Assembly: GCF_009914755.1 (NCBI RefSeq) | Contig: NC_060940.1 | Strand: one strand, 5' to 3' | DNA: 64,000 nt | Origin: the human T2T-CHM13v2.0 reference genome, Homo sapiens | Shown: positions 51,013 to 64,000 of the stretch, one piece after another | Layout of the letters: every line of letters starts with the position of its first letter | Position numbering within the stretch: the stretch's first letter is position 1 | Translations under genes and position numbers: made by a program | Notes under the pieces: generated by a model | What the model saw: only the letters and a program-made list of their open reading frames with translations | Told to the model about the DNA's origin: nothing | The model's database searches: none

Positions 51013-52313
51013 CTAATGGTATTGGTTAGCAGATACTCATTGTATCTAAAGTCACATAAACTAACTGCAAAAGACCCAGCCCCTTCTGATAGATTTTATT
51101 TTTTTTTAAATCCCTTTCATCATTTATCTTGATCAAATTTCACAGCAACAGGTTGGAAGGCTCAATGCAGCCTCTAGTTGGTTATCTGCCAATCTCCAAT
51201 CTCCCCCACTGTGACAGAGTCCTTTGAAGGCATCTTGTACAGAAGCCTACAGTGCGTGCTCGGGGCGTACCCACCGAGTGAGCAGGACCAGGGACTGTGC
51301 AGTCACCAGGCCCCCACGCTCCCTTGCTCTGTGACCACACGGGCGTTGTGTAGACTTGAGTGCATCTGGGGACAATAAGGCCTCTGCTCCAGGGCCATGG
51401 AGAGGGTGGAAGGAGACTGCATATAAAACATCCAGCACACAGTGGTGGCTACTAAATAACTAACATCAGCAGTGAGATCGGTGTAGTTAATAACTAAACA
51501 GCACCACCACCACCAAAACAGCAGTCTAGCATCAGGGAATATTCATTGTGTGCCTAGCACTGGTTTATGCTTTTTCAACATATTATCTTATAATTAGAAT
51601 ACTACTTTATAGCAACCTTATGAAATGGATACAATTGTTATCACTGTTTTTTGTTGAGGAACACAGAGACATACAGTGACTTGCTGAAGTCACACAGCTG
51701 AGTCAGCAACAGAGGGAGGATCTGAACCTTGAGAGCGTAGCCACAGGGCTGCCAAGGTCTCCTGCCCAGGGGAGGTACTGATAGCACCTTCACAGGACAG
51801 ACACCATATGCCACTGCCAATCTCAAAAGACTGTTTAGCGAGTGTCTTCCAAATTAAGGCAGAAGAAAAGTGGGGAAAGGAAATTTGGACTCGAAGTGAC
51901 ACCACCACATTTTGCATTGTGATGAATTCAGGTTTTTAAGCCAAATTGGTCTTACACATATCTACGACAGGCGAAACTGAGGGGGCCATTTCAACTGATG
52001 GAATGCTATTTGTTATGAACGCCAGCCAAATAAACCACTAAAAACAGGTTCCTGTTTAAACATTCTGTCTTTAACTGAAATAGCTACCAGCCGTCAGTGG
52101 CTGCTGTTAAAACTTGTGGACCACTTAGGCAATATGAAAGTGGTCTAAAAACTAGACACTGGTCTCCTTTCCACTCCCTCTGCTATAAATACTGGCCGGA
52201 TGAAGAACTCAAAATGGCAGTCTAAAAGGCACCGCACAAGGGGTGCATCAAATCAGAAGGTGCTGCAGGCTTACACGACTCCCAGCTTTCCTCTAATTTA
52301 AAAATGCAACATG

Positions 52314-52572
52314 GGACCAGCATGGCGGCTCACTTGAGGTCAGGAGTTCCAGACCAGCCTGGACAATATGGCAAAACCCCGTCTCTACTAAAAATATAAA
52401 ATTAACCGGGTGTGGTGGCGCACGCCTGTAATCCCAGCTACTTGAGAGGCTGAGGCAGGAGAATTGCTTGAGCCCAGGAGGCGGAGGTTGCAGTCAGCCA
52501 AGATCACACCACTGCACTCCAGCCTGGGCAACAGAGTGAGACTCTGACGCAAAAAAATAAAAATTAAAAAAT
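52314..52572 (+). mobile_element. AluS with 5' internal deletion, TSD aaaatgcaacatg
   Basis: Flanking direct repeats. Confidence 0.88.
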
Positions 52573-52901
52573 TAAAATGCAACATGCCTTTGAACTTTGG
52601 CCTGATTAGCATAAACACAGATATTAAAAGGTAAACTCCCCCAAAATTAGGATCTTGGCTAGTTGTGATGAGGCTGTTGCTGACATTTTTTTCAGCTGAG
52701 ATGAAACTAGGCATTTGAACTGAATGAGTTCCTAAAGTCAGAAGCTCTAAAAGATACAAAGGCGGAGAAAGCAGGGGAAGCATACGGGATATTCGAGTCT
52801 CTCTCATCTGCCAAATGGATGTGGAAATAAAGCAACCATCATAGAGAGTCAGCGCCACACATCGAGGGAAGGCGGAAACCCGTGCTGAAGGGCAGAGCTC
52901 A

Positions 52902-53183
<282 letters not shown>

Positions 53184-53258
53184 TCACAGGAGACAACAGT
53201 TTCAGGACGAGTGCTGCAAAGGCCAGGAAGACCAAACCGAACATAGGGTAGTCGTTTA

Positions 53259-53477
<219 letters not shown>

Positions 53478-53731
53478 TTAGGAAGGTAAGGGCCGCTGTG
53501 CACTGACAGCCAGGGGCTGGAGTCTCCTGCCACCCGCTTTACCATTGCTCATGCACTCCCTCCTGGAGGACCTGTGTCACCCAGACCTTCTGATCCTTCT
53601 TTAAAAAGGAATACCTGTCCACGTCACAGCGTAAGTTAGCATCCACTGGGAATAAAACAGGCCAGGCACACATTTAAGGGGCCTGACGCACCTTCAATAC
53701 AAACGGAAGCCAGTATTTGTGTCTCTGGTCA

Positions 53732-54022
<291 letters not shown>

Positions 54023-54025
54023 TTA

Positions 54026-54529
<504 letters not shown>

Positions 54530-57030
54530 TCACGCCTTCCTGCTGCAGCTCTGGTGGCTACTACCTCTGGCTGGGTGGGGAAGAAGAGTGGATTCCCTGC
54601 CTGTGAAAAGGCTCCCCGGCCACTGCGGGGGTCTGAGATTGGTAAGACCTCTTCGTACAAAATATCCATACAAGAAAGTCAGAGGGAACAGAGGAAGAGA
54701 GTTGGAGTGCTGGTGGGTGACCTAAGGAAAGGGTCTATGCCAGGCTGAATTCACTGAAGACAGAAGGCAGGCAAGGCAGTCGAGAGAGCCCGGCAGGCTC
54801 AGGGAGTCCAGCGCAGGGGAAACCCAGGCCTTCCTGCCTCCTGGAAAGCCCCGGGAGATGCTGGGGCCAAGGTGGCAGAAACGACTGCCCTTGCTGGTGG
54901 TGGCAGGGATACGGAGGGGCCTGTACAGACAGATTGCTGAGATGCACTGCACGCAGCAGGCCTGGGCCCCACCTGGCTCCAGGAGCAGCCAGATGTCTCC
55001 TAAGTGCTCAAGAGGTTTGCTAATGGAGTTGAGAAATGATATCCAGTTATTCTGTAATACAGAAAATTGCATTTCTTGCAAAGAAATATAAAATACCACT
55101 AAAAGCACTGCTTGATAGGTGAGGGAAGGTTTGCAGACTCTCAAAGACTCTCTCCTAGCATGCTTGGAGACCTCGGCTTGATGGCATGGCCGGTGGGGCC
55201 CGGGGCAGTGGGAGCTCAGGGCCTCACCCACAGCAGCTGGAACTTTACTTGAGACGCCTTGCCCAACTTCACCTTGGCCCATATGGTGGTGGCAGTGGAG
55301 TTCTCAGCTTAGAAATAAACTGAGATTCAGGGAGGTTACAAGTAGCTTGCCCAAGGTCACCCGTTTGAATGGACCCTTGAAACTAACAATATTTAAGGCA
55401 AAGCTTCTCTCATATAAATAACAGCAGCACCACAAGTCTGCTTGTGAAAAATGCAGACTCTCCAGGTAGGGCCCAGTAATCAGCATTTAATATGCTGCTC
55501 AGGTGATTCTTACGCAGGCTAATGTTCATGCAGCACCTGCTCTAAAAGATGATTGCATCTCATTATATGACGCTTTTCCCCTCATCCTGGGGGTAGAACC
55601 TCTTCAAATGTTTATTGAATGAAGGGACAATCAATGCCTGATTACTGGGGCTCAATAAGCCTTTGCCATTTCTGCTCATGAACACCTAAAGGGATGGAAA
55701 TTCACCAATTGTCAGGCCTGAAAAACTCTGGTGCAAATTCATGCTGGTTCACAAATTTTTATCTAGATATAAAATGCAGGGGAATTAGGGCATTATTAAA
55801 ATCTAAATTGGCAAAAGCCTAGCTCACTGCTGAATGCCAGAGGATTCTATGAAACACACTGTTCTAAAATACGTCTGGACCCATGAAAGTTTCTAAATAC
55901 AAGTGCTATTACTCTTGGCATTAAATAATTCTGCCAAGCAAAATGTGTGACTCCCACTTTGCAAAAATCAAAGTGTGATACTGGATCTTTCAGCTTCAAG
56001 AAGGGAGGAGCGGAATGGAACTCCTCTTGGAGGTGCAAGCTGAACGTGGCTTCCTTTCTCTCCTGGTAGAGGTGGCAGGAAAAGGCCAGGTGGAGAAAGG
56101 CCTGGAGGAAAAGCACTGCAGGGGAGGCTCTCTTGCCTTCCGTAGACCCTCCATGCATTTGATCCACATTTACAGGATGCCGACTGTGCACCCGACACTT
56201 TGCGACACATCATGGGGATGGAAGCCAACTATTCTAGGCACAAGGAACTCCCAAGATGAAATGGAATGATGCTAATAAAGGTGTGGACACGCTTTCTCTG
56301 AGAGGTGACACCTGAAGTAGGAGTGGGCATCTGAGAAGCCAGTGTGGGAGGGAGGGTCCTTCTAGGGAGAGAGAGGGGTGTGGGCAGAGGCTCCCCACAA
56401 AGCCCAACTCAGCCAAGTCACCAGCACATCTGATCAGTTCCCTCCAAAACACCTCTAGGCCTGTCCTGTCCTCCTCACTGTCACCAGTGGACGGCCACTC
56501 TCCTCCTACCCACATGGCCTCCTCTCTTTCTCCAACATACCACTCAAGGCTTCAGCCTGTGTCACTGCCCCTGCCTGGGATGCCCTCCCCAGCTCTGGCC
56601 CTGGCTGGCTCTGCCTCATCCTATAGAATTCAGCTCCAATGTCTCCTCCTCAGCAAGGCTGTTCCCGAGCCCTGGAATAAACACCACCCCAACCAACACC
56701 TAGGCCCTCACTGCACTCCTGTGAGCTGTGTCTCCTCTTCACACTAGATTTTGAGTCTCACGAAGGCAGGGCGGGCTGTGTTCTCATTGTGGCACTGTCA
56801 GGCACAGGAAGTGACACACAGCCGGTGTGTTTAATAAATACCTACTCAATGAACAAATGAAGACAAAGTGCAGCTACTTGGGCTCAACTGAGTGGGGGAA
56901 CCGGAAGCACCCCACCCATTCAAGGCCCGCCACTTTCCTTTCCAAGGGAGCCCCAGGGGTGCTCTGGGCCTCTGGGGAGCACTCGGAACATACCACTGGT
57001 TGAGGCAACTCCTAGGCTTTTCTAGCCCTA

Positions 57031-57273
<243 letters not shown>

Positions 57274-57341
57274 CTAAGGGGAGACACCAGACAGGGAGAA
57301 CCCACATTGGGTCTGGCTGCTTGGAGACCGTTTAACAATCA

Positions 57342-57584
<243 letters not shown>

Positions 57585-57955
57585 TCACTGGAGGACCAGC
57601 CTCAAGCCCACACTGCACTAAGGCCCAGAACTACCCAACCTAACACCCAACCAGGGCCACAGAGATCAACCCGACACTAGGGATTTGATTTGGAAAGTAA
57701 AAGTAATGAAAGGGAAAAAAAATTCCGATACTTGCAGACACTAGCAGCAGATTTTACTTTAAAAGAACCTTCAAATCAAGTAATAAAATATACCAGCCCA
57801 TACTTCATTAATATTAATAACTTAATAAAAATCTTGAGTTTTTGCAAGCTGGAAGTTAGAAACCTTTTCCTCTTCCTGGTGAATGATGGCTTAGAGCCCT
57901 GACTTAAGGGTTTGTTTGGACCTGCGACTACTCTGGGTCAGGTTCAATGGCCTCA

Positions 57956-58075
<120 letters not shown>

Positions 58076-58259
58076 TCAGCTCGCCCTGAGGGCCAGGGCG
58101 ACCTGCAAGAATCTTGAAAAAGTGCTCGCCACTATTTTCTGACCATAGTCTCCCTGAACCTGCCCACTGGGCTCTCCTTCCTGCCCCACCAAGTGCCCCT
58201 GCATCTCTGCCTTTGGCCTCGCTGCCCCTCCCCTCCAGCCCATCTACCACACTGCAGAG

Positions 58260-58870
58260 GGCAATAAACAGGTGCCCTCATACCCTGCTGGTAGGCATAG
58301 AAATTGCTAAACCTTTCCCGGGGGCAACATAAGAATATATACATTTATATTTTAAACAAGAAAAGATGAGATAGAGAACACGCGTTCCTTTTGAAGCCAG
58401 TGATTCTGCTCCTATCCTTACCCAAAGGAAAAAATGCTGGAGCCGCCAATCTATGTCTACCCAAAAGGTATTCATCAACATGTCATAATAAATACCTACT
58501 CAACAGTAGTAAGAAAGTGGAATTTAAATGTCCAAAAATAGAAAATATTATGGTTAAATAAATTAGACACATAAGAATACTATGACTCTACTTAATATCA
58601 AGTCTAAAAAGTTAATGATGCAAAAAATACAAAACATTCTTTAGTCAAAAGCACAGACAATAAAAGAGTGAATATAGTTTCAATTCAGCTTTTTTTTTTA
58701 AAGGGAGATCACACACATACCCGTGTACATACAAGTATGGCATAGCAATAAAAGACTACAAAAACCTTACCAAGAAGATAATTACTTAGTAGTAATTATC
58801 TCTATGAGTGATACAGTTATGGGTAATTTCTATTTTATCTTTCTCTATTTACCAAATTTCTAAAAACAAC
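58260..58870 (+). mobile_element. Old L1ME-type fragments
   Basis: AT-rich; 'ccctcataccctgctggtagg...aattgctaaacctttc' is L1-like. Confidence 0.5.
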
Positions 58871-58877
58871 ATGTTTT

Positions 58878-59199
<322 letters not shown>

Positions 59200-59433
59200 T
59201 TATTGTTGTAATATAATTGTCTTTCTGTCTACCTACCTACCAATAGATCCATTTAGAAGAGCGAGTCTTTAAAGTATTTACCCGCCAACCACCCACCCAT
59301 CCACCCAATCATCTTTCTAATCTAATCTAGTCTAATCTATCTCGAACAAATCCTTAAAATATTTTCCCTTGAATGAGCATCTGCCTATCCATCTATCCAC
59401 CAATCCATTCATCTGGGCAACACCGGGTCTTCA

Positions 59434-59685
<252 letters not shown>

Positions 59686-59831
59686 TTACCCCCGGCAGCC
59701 AGGATACCAGTCACCATGGTGACACATGGTAACGTCATCTCCCAGGAGGTCTTGGTGTCTTTACCCCTAATTTGAGGAAAACTCTACTTGTCAGGCAGGA
59801 AGGAAGATGAGGAAGAAAGCCTGCAGGTTCA

Positions 59832-60299
<468 letters not shown>

Positions 60300-60721
60300 T
60301 CAGTTTTAATTCATTAAAAAATGATTGAGTGCCACTATGTGCCAGGGGCCAGAAAGATGGCAAATATTCTTACTGTCTTAGAGCTTACTTTCTAATGGGC
60401 AAGAACGGATAATAAAATATAATATCTAAAATAGCCCATCAGACGAAAACAGCTGGTGCAGAAAATAAAGCACAGATGGGAGGAGGGCTGCAATTCTACA
60501 AAAGGAGAGGCCTCACTGGGGAGCCTTAGAGTGAACTCCAGTCGGTGAAGGAGCTGCTGGCAGTGCAGAACCCTTGGGGCTTGCCTACAGGGCAAATGCA
60601 AGGGGCCTGAGGTGGGGGTGTGCCCCGCACATTCCTGGAAGGGGAAGTGGAGCAAGGAAGCAGAGTGCAGCACCTGCGGCAGGAGGGCAATCGAGCAGGG
60701 AACCAACAAGGAGGGTGGGAA

Positions 60722-61460
<739 letters not shown>

Positions 61461-62368
61461 CATCTCAGTTCTTTTAAAGGGGCTTATTTCTTTGTTGATA
61501 CAAATGCGCTGTTGCTTGATTTTCCCCAGTGAGAGATGATGGCTGTGAGAGGAGGTAGGCACAGCAAGAGGGTGCAGGACAGGCAGTCAGAAGGCCCACC
61601 CGAGGAACACCCGCGCTGCCCCTGGTCCATTCGAGTGCAAATGCTGTCTAGTTGCATGCACTCATGCTGCTGTTCCTCTTTCACCTGTGCCTTCTAACAG
61701 GGAAACCTTGAGAGTAAAGGCCACACCGTGGGGCTGCAGCCCTAGGAAAGGGAAGTCACACACACAACCTCTTCCACTTGGAATCCCTGGGTCTAGTGTG
61801 TCCTGGACCTGACGCTGCCTGACAGACAGCCGGGCCCCGGTGAGTCAAGTTTGCCCTCCTTCCTGAACCAGCACATGTGCTATGGCCCGGAGAGGAGCTG
61901 AGCATCCTGATTATAATGCCATGGCCACCTGCCTTGTTCAGCACAAGTTTAGAAATGAGGGATGAGGGAACCCATCAGTGCTCCAACTCTGAGGAAATTA
62001 TAGGAGCACTCAGACTCATCAATGACTGTGCTGCCAGGGGATTTGTCGAGTTGGGACAGGAAGAAATTTTCTGTAGTTTGTAGAATGTTCCAGCTCAAGG
62101 ACATTCAGCAGAAGAAATTAATCTTTCCTCATATTGGGATCTAGCAGGATTTCATCTGAGTCTCTCCAAAGCCTTGTAGGGTATGGCAGGCAGAATTGTT
62201 CCCATTTTTGCAGATAGACAAACAGATGCTGGAAGAAGTTATGCGGCCAGAGTAACAGGATCCAGCCCACAGCTCAGACGCGATTCTTCTGACTGCGGCT
62301 CGGAGCTCAAATGGAGAGGACCAAGTGCCTCAAACATTGTCATACAAACAACAAATCAAATGTAACTA

Positions 62369-62833
<465 letters not shown>

Positions 62834-63387
62834 CTAGATCTTCAGACATGTGCATCAACGCTAGAAGTCAGTAATTATATGAGAAATTAACCAGCAACTG
62901 ATTCAAAGTATGTGTGGCCAATACTTGGCAGATCCCACAAACTATCATGTGCAAGCCAGATCAGCCCTCTGCCTGCCTGTGAGAGTTTCTAGTTGAGACA
63001 CAGCTGAGAACTTTCTCCCTCCCCTGAGTTTTCTCTCAGCTCATTACATGGTTTATGAACAAAATTAGAAAAGATCTGAGAAAGGCAACCAGAATCACTG
63101 TGAGCCATTATGAGACTGAGTGAGTGTCAGACATCAGAGGCCTATGATGGGGAGTGCTCTGTCCACACTCTATCAGACAGAATAAAGACCATTAGGACTT
63201 TTTTTTTCCCCCTAAAGAATCCTGAAATTGGTCCTTATTGAGACTAGGAGATCATGAACCATGAACTCCAAACCAACAAATTCACTGATCCATGCAGGTA
63301 TAAAGAAAGGGCTCTTCTGGATTGCTGTAGGCTGACACACAGACCTGGCAGCCTTGCTATGGGTTCTTCCCGGGCACCTCCACTTGC

Positions 63388-63491
63388 CTGTTGGCTGTGC
63401 TTGAATTGGAGATCCGGAAGCGGACCTGCTCGATGGCACTTCTCACTAGAGGGTCGTTCTGGTCCATGGACGGGTGCACCACCAGATCCAC
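63388..63491 (-). CDS. GTF3C1: GTF3C1 exon 13 ([11 protein letters not shown]...SSTAN), ending at a GC donor
   Basis: tccag| acceptor; AG|GCAAGT donor is required to keep frame with exon 14. Confidence 0.88.
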
Positions 63492-64000
63492 CTGGAGAGA
63501 GAGGTTGGAGCATCCCACAGGGTGAGGGAAGAGCTGAGGAAGACTTGGCTCCACAAGTCGATTCCTAGTGGAACCTCAGTCATACCTGTTTTCATTAACA
63601 TTTCCAAAACACGATTAGGAGATCGAAACAAAATTTGTTGCTCAACAGTTTGCTGGTACAGCTACTGGCGGCAAAATTCCTCAAGTGACCAAGCGATCAG
63701 GCTCTGCCATGGGTGCCGGGGCTGCTCGGTCCCACTGAGAAATCTGGCCTGGACACAGAGCTGTCTCCCTGCAAGTCCCTTACTGGGCCGTCACAGCCCA
63801 CTGGTCTCTGTTGCTACCTGGAGGGCTGCTCCGTGCCCCCTTCCCACTATCTGAGAATTTCCCAGTTGCTTGTGAGTCCTGAGGGCTTCCATCTGGAAAA
63901 GGTAAGCAGCTTTCATTAATCTACCCTTGCTGAGAGTGGCGTCATGGGACTCCTGCCAGGCACACGTCCAAACAAACCGGCAGAGGATTTAGAGCTGCTT

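Noticed and set aside
63555-63720. Slightly CpG-rich stretch with a protein-looking frame (EIETKFVAQQFAGTATGGKIPQVTKR)
   Set aside because: Preceded by a stop, with no start or splice support and no defined boundaries; cannot be distinguished from ordinary intron without a database search

Overview
Human genomic DNA that I recognise as the IL21R/GTF3C1 locus (chr16p12; the location and exon numbers are recalled, not looked up). The + strand carries the last six coding exons of IL21R (2227-14033), which splice in frame and show WSEWS, a TM helix, Box1 and YLRQ, followed by a long 3'UTR to about 16.8 kb. The - strand carries the last 25 coding exons of GTF3C1 (TFIIIC220; 63491 down to the stop at 26108), which join into one 1422-codon frame with one GC-AG intron. 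The genes are convergent with about 8.6 kb between them, and the antisense lncRNA IL21R-AS1 probably overlaps the IL21R 3' end. The rest is repeat-rich: many Alus, MIR, L2, L1M, MST/MLT LTRs, Tigger1, Tigger2a nested in MER58A, HSMAR2 and microsatellites. Most listed ORFs are repeat or antisense shadows. The least explicable item is a ~156-bp CpG-containing, hairpin-forming non-Alu segment that splits an Alu between its A- and B-boxes (761-916). Other points of interest are a 43-bp-arm inverted repeat in IL21R intron 5, retroposon-derived poly(A) signals, inverted Alus in the distal UTR, a perfect 36-bp duplication, and in-frame alternative donors in GTF3C1 exon 34. No CRISPR, tRNA or rRNA is evident.
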